Of a DNA stretch of 64,000 nucleotides, positions 33,180 through 43,585 are shown piece after piece. The translations under genes and the position numbers were made by a program. Origin of the DNA: an uncultured delta proteobacterium (GTDB lineage Bacteria; Desulfobacterota; RBG-13-43-22); assembly GCA_963790475.1 (NCBI GenBank), contig CAWBOS010000012.1:1472001-1536000 (forward strand), given 5' to 3'. Below the pieces are notes generated by a model. The model was not told the origin of the DNA, did not search any database, and saw only the letters and a list, made by a program, of their open reading frames with translations. How positions within the stretch are numbered: the stretch's first letter is position 1; every line of letters begins with the position of its first letter.

Positions 33180-33428
33180 GCCGGGGTTGATCGAATTCGG
33201 TTCCACGACCTCAGACATTCGAACGTGGCTCTTAGGATAGAAGCTGGCCAGAACTTAAAGTATATCCAAAAGCAATTAGGGCATTCCAGTATTCAGGTGA
33301 CAATGGATATTTACGGCCACTTACTAAGGGATACGAACCAAGATGCCGCGATCAAATTGAATGAGATGATATTCAATAGCAACGAAAATCTGGTGAGTGG
33401 TGACATTGGGTTGGTAGCAAATCAGTAG
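33180..33428 (+). pseudogene. C-terminal fragment of a phage-type tyrosine integrase next to the tRNA
   Basis: RIRFHDLRH, then IQKQLGHSSIQVTMDIYGH. Confidence 0.85.
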
Positions 33429-33497
33429 CAGTTAGCTTAAGAGGCAGGGCAAAAGAAGGGAAACTGATGAGTAAGTTATTGATTCTTATTGGTTGTG

Positions 33498-33573
33498 TGG
33501 TGGGCCGTGGCAGGATCGAACTGCCGACCTACTGATTAAGAGTCAGTTGCTCTACCTGTTGAGCTAACGGCCC
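33498..33573 (-). tRNA. tRNA-Lys (CTT)
   Basis: GGGCCGTTAGCTCAACAGGTAGAGCAACTGACTCTTAATCAGTAGGTCGGCAGTTCGATCCTGCCACGGCCCACCA. Confidence 0.97.
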
Positions 33574-33656
33574 ACAATACCTGAGATTACCTAACATAAT
33601 TTAACAAAGGTGACAAGCTTAAAAAAGCATCACCTGAAAAAGTGGCTGTAAAAAAA

Positions 33657-33923
33657 TCATGACCCCGGTCCGACTTCTTTGGATTGAGCCAGACAGTCAA
33701 AAATCCTTTCCAGCCGGGTCTTGGGTAATCCCCCAAAGGCGGCCTCCAAATCCGCTCTGGAAAAATTCTCCCCCAAAAAAGAATTCACGGGAACCCGCTC
33801 TTCCCAGCAGCCGATCAGGTTTCGACAGGGTAAGGACGATTGAGCCCGGCGGCAATAGTTGAAGGTCAGCATCATCCCCAATTGAGGACAGTAGATTTCC
33901 AGAGGGTCGTAGGTGTCGATCAT
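33657..33923 (-). CDS. Small Cys-containing hypothetical protein
   Basis: CPQLG..YC..LPC..CW pattern. Confidence 0.7.
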   Translation of the reverse strand: MIDTYDPLEIYCPQLGMMLTFNYCRRAQSSLPCRNLIGCWEERVPVNSFLGENFSRADLEAAFGGLPKTRLERIFDCLAQSKEVGPGS

Positions 33924-33947
33924 GGGTTTACGATTACCAATAGTAAC

Positions 33948-34030
33948 AGACACGGAGAAAGGGAGACACGGGGACGGGGGGAAGCAGAGCGGGTTTTCTC
34001 CCCATCTCCGTGTCTCCGCCTCCCCGTGTC
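33948..34030. repeat. Short-period (about 8-nt) inverted repeat hairpin
   Basis: gacacggag..gacacgggg / ctccgtgtc..ccccgtgtc. Confidence 0.6.
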
Positions 34031-34085
34031 ATTCCAACCCTGCATATCTGAACCATTTAATCCAACAAAGCTGAGAGTTCCCTCG

Positions 34086-35453
34086 TTACAATTTCGGCTT
34101 TGGATAGTCGGCCAGGGCCTGTAATGACTTTTGAATCTCTTCGTCGGGCAATTCGAAATCGGTCAGCTTGCCTTCGAAGTAGGCACTATAAGCCATCATA
34201 TCCACCAGCCCGTGGCCGCTCCAGTTGACCAGAATGGTCTTGGCCTTGCCTTCTTCCTTGCATTTTTTGGCCTCGGAGATAACCATCGCCAAGGCATGAT
34301 TGGTTTCCGGGGCCGGGATATGTCCTTCGGTTCTGGCCCAGGTCACCCCGGCGGCAAAGGTTTCCAATTGCTTGACGGCCCGCGGTTCGACCAGTTTGTC
34401 CAGAATCAATTGAGAGACGATGGGGGCCATGCCGTGATAGCGCAACCCGCCGGCGTGAATCGGGGCCGGAACGAAGTTGTGTCCCAAGCTATACATGGCC
34501 AGCAAAGGAGTCATCTGCACGGTATCCCCGAAATCATAGACAAAGGGGCCTTTGGTCATGGTCGGGCAGGAGGAAGGTTCCACGGCGATGATATCGATTT
34601 TTTTCCCGCCGATCTTGTCCCGTACAAAGGGGAGGGCCAGACCGGCAAAATTACTTCCACCCCCGGCGCAACCGATGACAATATCCGGGTAATCGCCGAC
34701 TTTCTGGAGTTGTTTCTGGGCTTCCAGGCCGATGATGGTCTGATGGAGCAGGACGTGGTTCAGGACACTGCCCAGGGAATATTTGCTGCCGGGGTTGCTG
34801 ACAGCATCCTCCACGGCTTCACTGATGGCGATGCCGAGACTTCCCGGGGAGTTGGGGTCCTGTTCCAGTATGGACCTGCCGGCTTTGGTGTCCGGACTGG
34901 GGCTGGGGATACAGGTCGCTCCCCAGGTGTTCATCATCAGACGACGGTATGGTTTCTGATCATAACTGATCCGGACCATATAGACTTTAATCTCCAGACC
35001 AAAAAGGGCACCGGCAAAAGCCAGGGCGCTTCCCCACTGGCCGGCCCCGGTCTCAGTGGCGATCCGTTTGGTCCCCGAAATTTTATTGTAATAGGCCTGA
35101 GGCACGGCGGTGTTGGGTTTATGACTGCCGGCCGGGCTGACCCCTTCGTTTTTATAATAAATTTTGGCCGGAGTTTGTAAAAAAGCTTCCAGGGCATAAG
35201 CGCGGACCAGAGGGGAAGGCCGCCAGATCAGATATTTTTCCAGGACGGGTTCGGGTATATCGATGAAGCGCTGCGGACTGACTTCCTGTTCAATCAGGGG
35301 CATGGGAAAGATCGGGGCCAGATCATCGGGGCCGACCGGTTGACCGGTACCGGGATGCAGGGGGGGCTGCATTCCGTTCGGCATGTCGGGTAAAATGTTA
35401 TACCATTGACGGGGCATTTCATCTTCGGTTAATAAAATTTTTTTGGGCACCAT
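34086..35453 (-). CDS. trpB2: TrpB-like PLP enzyme (TrpB2)
   Basis: [34 protein letters not shown] motifs. Confidence 0.93.
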   Translation of the reverse strand: MVPKKILLTEDEMPRQWYNILPDMPNGMQPPLHPGTGQPVGPDDLAPIFPMPLIEQEVSPQRFIDIPEPVLEKYLIWRPSPLVRAYALEAFLQTPAKIYYKNEGVSPAGSHKPNTAVPQAYYNKISGTKRIATETGAGQWGSALAFAGALFGLEIKVYMVRISYDQKPYRRLMMNTWGATCIPSPSPDTKAGRSILEQDPNSPGSLGIAISEAVEDAVSNPGSKYSLGSVLNHVLLHQTIIGLEAQKQLQKVGDYPDIVIGCAGGGSNFAGLALPFVRDKIGGKKIDIIAVEPSSCPTMTKGPFVYDFGDTVQMTPLLAMYSLGHNFVPAPIHAGGLRYHGMAPIVSQLILDKLVEPRAVKQLETFAAGVTWARTEGHIPAPETNHALAMVISEAKKCKEEGKAKTILVNWSGHGLVDMMAYSAYFEGKLTDFELPDEEIQKSLQALADYPKPKL

Positions 35454-35786
35454 GATTCCTCCTTCTCCTCAAGGTTATTTTTTCTATATAATAATTTTTT
35501 TCTTGGTTGAGAATAGATTCCTTCAGGCAGAGTACAGGAACTGTCGAGAAAAACTAAAATTTCACTATATAAAGCTTGGATAAACCTGTCAATCAAATTA
35601 AAGAGCGCTTTGAAAAACGCCATCTTTTGCCCCGGTTCCGCGTCAGACTCAAGATTTAATTCTCGAAATACTAAATGTATCCCGGTGGGAGGCAAAACGA
35701 AGGAGGAGCAAGCGGCTTTTTATCCCTTGACCCGACACCGATCTTTATTTTATATTCAGAGATGTTCTTGCAAATCTTTCAAATAT

Positions 35787-35903
35787 CGTCACACCGGCGA
35801 ACCCCGGATCAGGTCCGGGGCAGGCGCCGGTGTCCAGACATCATCCCAATGAAAGTCGGGAACCAGCACCATCTCCTGGATTCCGGCGTTCGCCGGAATG
35901 ACG
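35787..35903. repeat. REP-like palindrome (CGTCA..CCAG..CTGGATTCC..GGAATGACG)
   Basis: Same family as 10964, 16868, 44637, 48357 and 50398. Confidence 0.8.
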
Positions 35904-35999
35904 TCGCTGGACTTTTACAACAGGCAATATAACAAGATATAAGCGGCTATAGATACTTCTTAAAGCCATTGCCGTTTAAGAATTTCCGGGAAAGGGAAC

Positions 36000-36368
36000 A
36001 TGGGGGAAAAAGAGGTCGTTCCTATTAAGAACATCGTCCAGGAACTGTGGACCGGAGGGAATTCCCTCATCGATCCCCTGGTCCCGGCCGTTATAGAGGC
36101 CTGGAGCCGGGTGGTTCCCGTATCGTTACGCCCGGCGATCTGCCTGGAGGGGATCCGGGAGGGGACTCTCCATCTGCTGGTTTCCAACCCGATCGTCGGA
36201 CAACAATTGCAGTTTCTAAAGGAATCCATCCGGGAAAAAATGAATGCCATCCTGGGGGGGCCGATTGTTAAAGGGATTCGGGTTAAGCCCGGGTCTTTTC
36301 CGGAGATGCCTTCTGCAGAATTTGAAGAACCTGGTCATCGTAAACCCCGGGCTCCCGGTAAAGGGTAA
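36000..36368 (+). CDS. DUF721/DciA family protein
   Basis: AWSRVV..IREGTLHLLVSNP..QQLQFLKESIREKMN pattern. Confidence 0.75.
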   Translation: MGEKEVVPIKNIVQELWTGGNSLIDPLVPAVIEAWSRVVPVSLRPAICLEGIREGTLHLLVSNPIVGQQLQFLKESIREKMNAILGGPIVKGIRVKPGSFPEMPSAEFEEPGHRKPRAPGKG

Positions 36369-37065
36369 CAGGCGGAAGGACCTTGAGTTCTTCCCGACCC
36401 TGGAAAACGGCCTCCATCAATACCCACTCCGCCTCTTTATCTTGAAAAGAATAAACCATTCGGATCTTCTTGGGTTCCAGCTGGTGTTGTCTGGACAAGG
36501 CCAGAAGAGATACCAGTCTCCAGGCCGGGTAGATCACGAACCATTTCCCTCCAACCTTTAAGCTGTGGGCCACACTTTTCAGAAGCTGAGGTAAGGTAAC
36601 CCGGACCTCATGGCGGGCCATGGCTTTTTGGGGATTGGGGTTGATCCGGCCCCGATCTAAGGGGCGAAAGGGTGGATTGGAAACAACCGCGTCAAATTTA
36701 CCTTTTTTGATGAATCCCGGGAGTTGACAGAGGTCCCCCCGGATGATTGAAATACGATCCTGAAATTGATTGAGGATGATATTGCGGCGGGCCAGATCGA
36801 TGAATTCCGGCGCCAGTTCCAGGGCAATGATCCTGGAGAGCGGATAGGCCCCGGCCAGGATAAGGGCCAGGATCCCGCTGCCGGTTCCCAGATCCAAAAT
36901 CCGGGAACGAGCCTTGAGCCGGATAAATTCAGACAGGATTAAAACGTCAATAGAAAAACGATAACCGGTTTTCTTCTGGATGACTCCGATAGCCCCCTTT
37001 CCCCAGGAGTCCAGGGTTTCATCGGCACCAACCGATACCGGTTTCTCAGGGGAGGATGGATTCAT
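36283..37065 (-). CDS. tRNA1(Val) A37 N6-methyltransferase-like (TrmN6/YfiC)
   Basis: GYRFSID, LDLGTGSG, SNPPF, ARHE motifs. Confidence 0.88.
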   Translation of the reverse strand: MNPSSPEKPVSVGADETLDSWGKGAIGVIQKKTGYRFSIDVLILSEFIRLKARSRILDLGTGSGILALILAGAYPLSRIIALELAPEFIDLARRNIILNQFQDRISIIRGDLCQLPGFIKKGKFDAVVSNPPFRPLDRGRINPNPQKAMARHEVRVTLPQLLKSVAHSLKVGGKWFVIYPAWRLVSLLALSRQHQLEPKKIRMVYSFQDKEAEWVLMEAVFQGREELKVLPPVTLYREPGVYDDQVLQILQKASPEKTRA

Positions 37066-38422
37066 TCCGATTTAAGGGATTCATCACCAGGCCGGTCAGT
37101 GTTTTAGGGTAAAAATAAGTGGATTTTCTGGGCATGACCAGAGAGGCCTCCGCAATCTGCCGGACCTGTTCAATCGGGGTGGGGTTTAAGATGAACCCCA
37201 TTTGGCTGCGCCCCTTTTCCACCCGTTGTAAAACCTCAAGGCTGTCATGCCGATATTCGATAATTTTTTCCTGGTCCAGTTCTTCCGGCCGGATTCCCAG
37301 AATTTTTTGAAAGACCAAGCGGCTTAAGATCACGACATCCAGCCGTTTTAATAAAGGGTCGATACCTTCCCCCCAGTCGCCGTCCAGACTCTCTTTTTTT
37401 AGGGTTAGAAGATAGAACCAGGAAGTCTGGAACAGGAAGAGACCAAAAGAGTGGGATTCGGTGCCTTGTTTCTCCAGCCGGGAAAGAAATTCGTGGGTAG
37501 TCTGTTTTTTAGTTTCAGGATCAAAAGGAATTTTTTCAACCGCAAAATAGGGGGCCAGCTTTTTTTCCAATAACAGGGGGTCGATTTCGAAAACGCGGTT
37601 CAAGGCCCGATGGACCGGGAAGATAGTCAGTCCGGGATCTTCCATCGGACAGAGAAACATCAGCGTATAATTAAAGGCCGCGGTACTCCCCAGCTCCGGG
37701 TGTTCTCTGCGCATATCCGATTGATAGGCCAGGCTGGTCTCATAACGGTGATGGCCGTCGGCGATATAGACGGTTTTGTCCAAAAATCTTTCCCTGATTT
37801 TCATTAGGGTTGAAGGGGCGGTAATTCTCCAAAGCCGATGACGGACCGAGTCTTGATCTACAAAGTCGGTAAAAGGTCTTTCGGCGGCTTGATCGTCAAG
37901 TAAGGAGAGGATTCGGCCTTCGGGGTCGATATAAAAAGAGAAAATCGGACAAAACTGCATTTGACAATGTTGGAAAAGCTGATAGCGGTCCTGTTTGAAA
38001 GAGGAAAAAGTTTTTTCATGAGGCCGGACTTTGCCGGAATCAAAAGGTTCCAGCCCGAGCAAGGAGATAAAACCGGTACGGATGCGGATCCCTTGGCCTG
38101 GAATCGAAAAATTAATTTTATAAAGATAGATAGCCGGTTCCTGATCCTGGATAAGGAGTTGGTCTTTAAGCCAGGTCTTTAGAGTCAGGGCGGCACGGGT
38201 GTATCGATTATCTTCAGGGGTGTCTCCAGGGAAGGTCTTACCGAAATCCAGGCGGATGATATTGTTCGGATGCAATTGATAAAAACGCTCCTGTTCCTCG
38301 GGATTGATTACGTCATAGGGCGGGGTCACCACCTGGGAAAAATTGTTGATGATTCGTGAATTATAGATAATCCCCCGAAAGGGGGCGATGTGCGCCACCT
38401 TGCCTTCTTCTCCTTTCTGCAC
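37046..38422 (-). CDS. DUF1015 family protein
   Basis: PPYDVI, PHEKT, IADGHHRYE, MPRKSTYFYPK motifs. Confidence 0.92.
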   Translation of the reverse strand: MQKGEEGKVAHIAPFRGIIYNSRIINNFSQVVTPPYDVINPEEQERFYQLHPNNIIRLDFGKTFPGDTPEDNRYTRAALTLKTWLKDQLLIQDQEPAIYLYKINFSIPGQGIRIRTGFISLLGLEPFDSGKVRPHEKTFSSFKQDRYQLFQHCQMQFCPIFSFYIDPEGRILSLLDDQAAERPFTDFVDQDSVRHRLWRITAPSTLMKIRERFLDKTVYIADGHHRYETSLAYQSDMRREHPELGSTAAFNYTLMFLCPMEDPGLTIFPVHRALNRVFEIDPLLLEKKLAPYFAVEKIPFDPETKKQTTHEFLSRLEKQGTESHSFGLFLFQTSWFYLLTLKKESLDGDWGEGIDPLLKRLDVVILSRLVFQKILGIRPEELDQEKIIEYRHDSLEVLQRVEKGRSQMGFILNPTPIEQVRQIAEASLVMPRKSTYFYPKTLTGLVMNPLNRNESILP

Positions 38423-38572
38423 AAAAAACCAATAAATTTTTTAATAGCATGTTCTTGTTGACCGGTAAAGAAAATTAATATCTGACAGGGAACAAAAGGA
38501 ACTGATGGGGGAATTTTGCCGGGAAAATGTTTGCCGGACAGGAACGCCGGTCCGGATCGGACACCATAGACA

Positions 38573-38620
38573 ATAGGCCCAAAGTCCCTTTTTAAGCTTT
38601 GGAAAGGGGCTTTGGGCCTA
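38573..38620. terminator. Hairpin, probable terminator
   Basis: taggcccaaagtccc...ggggctttgggccta. Confidence 0.55.
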
Positions 38621-38682
38621 GGACTTTTGCTCTCTTTGAGAAACTTCAGGCCGTTGACTGGATAAGTATTAATCCGGGTTGT

Positions 38683-38925
38683 TTATTTTTTCTTGGGAAG
38701 GGGCTTCACTCTTTTCCCTTTAAGATATAATTTCAATGCCTCATCGACTACCTCTTTAATCCCCTTTTGCTCCCAATAAGTAATGGACTTTATCTTCCCA
38801 TGATTGATCTCCCGGATCATGACTGTGGTCCGGATCCATTTTTCCGGCGATTTTTGGGGTGCCTTGGCTTTTCCGGCAACGGCAGGTTTGATTTTTTTCA
38901 TTGCCGGTCTTTTTCGGATGACCAT
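38683..38925 (-). CDS. Small basic protein, ribbon-helix-helix-like
   Basis: WIRTTVMIR..KIKSITYWE..IKEVVDEALKLYL; RBS present. Confidence 0.65.
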   Translation of the reverse strand: MVIRKRPAMKKIKPAVAGKAKAPQKSPEKWIRTTVMIREINHGKIKSITYWEQKGIKEVVDEALKLYLKGKRVKPLPKKK

Positions 38926-39015
38926 GATCTTTGCTCCCTTTAAAAAAAGTGGAACGATTAGGGGGTATGCTTTAGTGAATCTCTCTCCTCCTGTCCCAAT
39001 TGCAAGAGGAAAAAC

Positions 39016-39318
39016 CTATTTCTTGGGAGGAACAACGGCATCTTTGAAAGCTTTAGCTATCCTCATTTTAGTTACGGTCTTGGCAGGAATCTTGATCGGT
39101 TCACCGGTTTGAGGATTTCTCCCGGTGCGAGCCTTTCTTTTGGAAAGAACGATCTTGCCAATGCCCGGCATGGTAAAAGATCCGGATTTCTTGGTTTCGG
39201 CAACCGCCAATTTGGCCAATTCATCCAGGATCTCCTTTGAAGAATTTTTGGTCATCATGAACTTTTCGGCCAGGTAAGAAACCAGTTGCGTTTTGGTAAG
39301 GGGTTTTTTGGTAGCCAT
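39016..39318 (-). CDS. HU-family DNA-binding protein
   Basis: RKARTGRNPQTGEPIKIPAK. Confidence 0.95.
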   Translation of the reverse strand: MATKKPLTKTQLVSYLAEKFMMTKNSSKEILDELAKLAVAETKKSGSFTMPGIGKIVLSKRKARTGRNPQTGEPIKIPAKTVTKMRIAKAFKDAVVPPKK

Positions 39319-39473
39319 AGCGTTTTATCCTCCTTAAAAGTTTTTTATTTGATGAATTTATAAAGGAAAAAAAAGGAAGGGTCAAGCGAAAAAGACAAAA
39401 GTTCCCTAAAAAAATGCAAATAGCCTCATTTTTTTTTGTCAATTCCCTTGATCTGCCCTTCGATCCCTGCCAA

Positions 39474-40319
39474 TTAATCTCTTTTCCGGTCCAATTTTCC
39501 CCTCTTTTGACAGCCAGGGCAATAATGGGTGCCGCGACCGGCCACCCTTATTTTTTCAATTTGCCGGCCGCAGCGCGGGCAAGGGGATCCGGTCCGGCCG
39601 TAAACTTGATGATAATTTTGAAAGCCTCCACTGGTTCCATCCGGTCTCCGATAGTCCTTCAGAGTCGATCCCTGCATTGAAATAGCCCGGGTCAATATTT
39701 TTTTAATAATTCGATGGAGGTCCTTGATCCGGGCCGAAGATAAGGTGTCTGATTTGGTCAGGGGATGTATTTTGGCTTGGAACAGAGACTCATCCACATA
39801 GATATTCCCCAATCCACTGATTAGGGATTGATCCAGCAAAAGGGATTTGACGGTCCTTTTCCTGGAGAGGACGATTTTGACAAATTGATCGGAGGTAATT
39901 TCAAAGGGGTCGGGACCCAGGCGGCTGAGATAGGGGTTTGAATCGACGGGCTTCCCTGGGAATAAGGCAAAAAAGCCGAATTTTCTTATGTCCCGGTAAC
40001 GCATCTGAAATTTGGAGGAATAAAAATGAAAAATCATATGTGTATGCCGGTCGGCCGGCGTCGATCGGGGTTCCACTAAAACCTGACCGGTCATTTTGAG
40101 ATGGAGGATCAGGGTCCAGTCCGGAGTAAGGTCCATGAGGATGAACTTGCCTTTACGCCTGATTTCTCGTATGATGGCCCCGGTTAAAATTCGAACAAAA
40201 ACCTTTGAAGAAGAACGAAGAATTCCAGGATTGAGAATCTGAACGAATCTGATCTTTTGGCCGATCAGACTCGAACGAAGTCGGCGGACAATGGTTTCAA
40301 CTTCCGGCAGCTCGGGCAT
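39474..40319 (-). CDS. mutM: Formamidopyrimidine-DNA glycosylase
   Basis: MPELPEVET, HLKMTG, GLGNIY, C-terminal zinc finger. Confidence 0.97.
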   Translation of the reverse strand: MPELPEVETIVRRLRSSLIGQKIRFVQILNPGILRSSSKVFVRILTGAIIREIRRKGKFILMDLTPDWTLILHLKMTGQVLVEPRSTPADRHTHMIFHFYSSKFQMRYRDIRKFGFFALFPGKPVDSNPYLSRLGPDPFEITSDQFVKIVLSRKRTVKSLLLDQSLISGLGNIYVDESLFQAKIHPLTKSDTLSSARIKDLHRIIKKILTRAISMQGSTLKDYRRPDGTSGGFQNYHQVYGRTGSPCPRCGRQIEKIRVAGRGTHYCPGCQKRGKLDRKRD

Positions 40320-40328
40320 AGGATTCGC

Positions 40329-41255
40329 TCACTTTTCGGCATCGGGAGTTTGGAGAAATTCCCTTTGAGGGCGATAACGGGTGATGAACCATTTCAGTTG
40401 CCGGCAGACCCCGCGGATCATGCGGACTTCATGGGATTGGAGGCCGGTTCGCGAAAAATATCGGCGCAGGCTCATCATCCAAAGCTCGGGATTTTGTTTG
40501 TCCAAAAAATCCATCAACTGCAGGACCTCCGACAGGTGCCGGTACATCCCTTCCAGTTCGAAGGAAGAGGCCAGGGGAGGGGCTTCGAGTTCGGAGTTCG
40601 GAGTTCGGAGTTGGGAGATATCTGCCTGAGACTGAAGGGGTGACAAGTGACTGGCGTCGAGCGCTGAGATTGCGGAATTCGAGTTTGGGGAGTTCGAATT
40701 TGAATTGCTCTGAACTCCCCTGCCCGTCGCAGGCTCCGAACTTTGAGACTGACCATTTTGGTGTGCCAAAAGAATTTCATAACAAAGAATCAGAACGGCC
40801 TGACCCAGATTGAGGGAACTGGCGGCGACGGTGGGGATGTGGACGAGGCAATGGCAGAACCGTAATTCTTCGTTGCTTAAGCCGCGGTTTTCAGGGCCGA
40901 AGAGAACGGCGATACGGTTTTGAGCACCCAGGGATTGAATTTTCCGGGCCGCTTGAGAGGGACCGATGATCTCCTTGCGCTGGCCCCCCAGACGGGCTGT
41001 GGTTCCCACGATGTATTGAAAAGGGGCCAAGGCCTCGGCCAGGGACGAATAGGTTTTCATGTCTTCCAGCAGCCCTCGGGCCATGTGCGTGGAAAGCTTG
41101 GTCATCCGTTCCCAGTCGGTATCCTCGGGACTGACTACGATGATATGGGAAAGGCCCATATTCCAGGCCGCACGGGCCGAGGCCCCGATATTTTCCGCGA
41201 AGCGCGGTTGATGGAGAACCAGGGTGATGTGGTCCAATAAAGAGTTGTCAGGCAT
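40329..41255 (-). CDS. TrmJ/LasT-family SPOUT RNA methyltransferase with an in-frame low-complexity insert
   Basis: ENIGASARA, FGPENRGLSNEEL, SLNLGQAV motifs. Confidence 0.9.
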   Translation of the reverse strand: MPDNSLLDHITLVLHQPRFAENIGASARAAWNMGLSHIIVVSPEDTDWERMTKLSTHMARGLLEDMKTYSSLAEALAPFQYIVGTTARLGGQRKEIIGPSQAARKIQSLGAQNRIAVLFGPENRGLSNEELRFCHCLVHIPTVAASSLNLGQAVLILCYEILLAHQNGQSQSSEPATGRGVQSNSNSNSPNSNSAISALDASHLSPLQSQADISQLRTPNSELEAPPLASSFELEGMYRHLSEVLQLMDFLDKQNPELWMMSLRRYFSRTGLQSHEVRMIRGVCRQLKWFITRYRPQREFLQTPDAEK

Positions 41256-41407
41256 TGGTTTCTTTTCAAGAAGAATTCGGAATCTGGTAGTCAGGGGTCA
41301 GAATAAAACCTTAAAACCGGCTTCCCATATTCTGGATTCTGACTACTGGATTCTGGATTCCATGTTTTTCTATTATCATACTATCGGGTATAACACAACC
41401 GACCTTT

Positions 41408-43585
41408 ATGTTTGATACCCTGCTAAAATGGATTTCGCCGCTGTTCCTGACGGCCATGGTGCTTCTTTCCGGCTGTGGCGGCGAATGGAACAACCCCTAC
41501 CCGGTTCAGGAACGGGGCCGCAATATTCTCTACTCCGCTTTTTCCGAGCGCCCCAAACATCTCGACCCGGTACAGTCTTACAGCGAGGATGAGGCGGCCT
41601 TCAATGCTCAGATCTACGAGCCTCCCTTGCAGTACCACTATTTTAAGCGACCATACACCCTGGTTCCGGGCACCGCTGAAGAAGTCCCCCACCCTCAGTT
41701 TTTTGATGCCGGGGGACACCGACTCCCGGATGATGCCGAGGCGGGCAGGGTGGCTTACAGTCTGTACGAGATCAGAATTCGTCCCGCGATCCGTTTTCAA
41801 CCCCATCCCGCTTTTGCCCGTGATGCAGCCGGCGCTCTGCTTTATCACCACCTGAGGCCAGTCGACCTGAATCCTATCCATAACCTCTCGGACTTCAAAC
41901 AACAGGGCACCCGCGAATTGATTGCCGCTGATTATGTTTACCAGATCAAGCGGCTCGCTCATCCGAGATTGCAATCCCCGATCTTCGGTCTCATGAGTGA
42001 TTATATCGTCGGACTCAAAGCCTATGCCGCCCTTCTTAAAAAAGCCAATCAAGAGCTGTTAAAGAAAGGAGAGGGTAATGCCTATCTGGATCTGGACCGG
42101 TTTCCTCTGGAAGGGGTAACAATTGTGGATCGCTACACCTACCGGGTTAAACTCAAGGGGAAATATCCCCAGTTCGTTTATTGGCTGACCATGCCTTTTT
42201 TTGCCCCGGTTCCTAAAGAAGTGGACCGCTTCTTTTCCCAACCCGGGATGGCGGAAAAGAACTTCACCCTGGATTGGTACCCGGTAGGAACGGGTCCTTA
42301 TATGCTGACCAAGAATAATCCCAACCGGCAGATGGTCCTGGAACGTAATCCCTATTTCCATGGAGAGACCTATCCTTCCGAGGGAGAAGAAGGGGACCGG
42401 GAGGCCGGGCTTTTGGCCGATGCCGGCAAGCCTTTGCCCTTTATCGACAAGGCGGTATTCAGTTTGGAGAAGGAAGGAATTCCCTACTGGAACAAGTTTC
42501 TGCAAGGGTATTACGACGCCTCGGGGATCAGTTCCGACAGCTTTGATCAGGCGGTCCAGATCTCCAGCACCGGAGACATCGCCCTTACCGAAAAAATGAA
42601 GGAGAAAGGGATCCACTTGAGCACCTCAGTGGCCCCTTCCTCCTTCTATATGGGATTCAATATGCTGGATCCGGTAGTTGGAGGGACTTCGGAGCGGGCC
42701 CGTAAACTGCGTTTGGCTATTTCCATCGCTGTGGACTATGAGGAATACATCAGTATCTTTGCCAACGGCCGTGGTATTGCGGCCCAGGGTCCGATTCCTC
42801 CGGACATTTTCGGCAACAGGCCCGGTAAAGACGGGATCAATCCTTATGTATATGACTGGGTCAACGGCCACCCAAAACGCAAATCCTTAGAGGCGGCTAA
42901 AAAACTGTTGGCCGAGGCCGGTTACCCAGGGGGGATTGATGTGGAAAACGGCAAACCTCTGGTGCTCAACCTCGATGTCACCGCCCGAGGTCCTGACGAC
43001 AAGGCCCACCTTGATTGGTATCGAAAACAGTTCGGCAAGCTCAACCTTCAACTGGTGGTCCGGGCCACCGATTACAATCGATTTCAGGAAAAAATCCGAA
43101 AGGGTAACGCCCAGATCTTCAACTGGGGCTGGAACGCCGATTATCCCGACCCGGAGAATTTTTTGTTCCTGTTGAATGGACCTCAAAGTCAGGTCAAAAG
43201 TCAGGGAGAAAACTCGGCCAATTACGCCAACCCTGAATATGACCGGTTGTTTGAGAAAATGAAAAATATGGAAAACGGGCCGAACCGCCAGGCTATCATC
43301 GATCAGATGATTGAAATTGTCCGCCATGACGCCCCCTGGCTGTGGGGGTTTCACCCCAAGGAATACAGACTTTATCATTCCTGGATGCTCAACCAGAAAC
43401 CGAATAAAATGGCCCGCAACGGGCTTAAATACCAGCGCATCGATACGGTGATGCGGGAACAGAAGAGGGCTGAATGGAACCAGCCGGTTCTCTGGCCCCT
43501 GTTTCTGATTCTGGCCGTGCTGCTGGTCACGGCCCTGCCGGCGGTTATTGCCTATCGCCGCCGGGAAAGGAAATCGGCCATCTGA
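41408..43585 (+). CDS. ABC peptide transporter substrate-binding protein (family 5) with a C-terminal TM helix
   Basis: Lipobox LSGC, PKHLDP, PVGTGPY, GWNADYPDPENF. Confidence 0.9.
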   Translation: MFDTLLKWISPLFLTAMVLLSGCGGEWNNPYPVQERGRNILYSAFSERPKHLDPVQSYSEDEAAFNAQIYEPPLQYHYFKRPYTLVPGTAEEVPHPQFFDAGGHRLPDDAEAGRVAYSLYEIRIRPAIRFQPHPAFARDAAGALLYHHLRPVDLNPIHNLSDFKQQGTRELIAADYVYQIKRLAHPRLQSPIFGLMSDYIVGLKAYAALLKKANQELLKKGEGNAYLDLDRFPLEGVTIVDRYTYRVKLKGKYPQFVYWLTMPFFAPVPKEVDRFFSQPGMAEKNFTLDWYPVGTGPYMLTKNNPNRQMVLERNPYFHGETYPSEGEEGDREAGLLADAGKPLPFIDKAVFSLEKEGIPYWNKFLQGYYDASGISSDSFDQAVQISSTGDIALTEKMKEKGIHLSTSVAPSSFYMGFNMLDPVVGGTSERARKLRLAISIAVDYEEYISIFANGRGIAAQGPIPPDIFGNRPGKDGINPYVYDWVNGHPKRKSLEAAKKLLAEAGYPGGIDVENGKPLVLNLDVTARGPDDKAHLDWYRKQFGKLNLQLVVRATDYNRFQEKIRKGNAQIFNWGWNADYPDPENFLFLLNGPQSQVKSQGENSANYANPEYDRLFEKMKNMENGPNRQAIIDQMIEIVRHDAPWLWGFHPKEYRLYHSWMLNQKPNKMARNGLKYQRIDTVMREQKRAEWNQPVLWPLFLILAVLLVTALPAVIAYRRRERKSAI

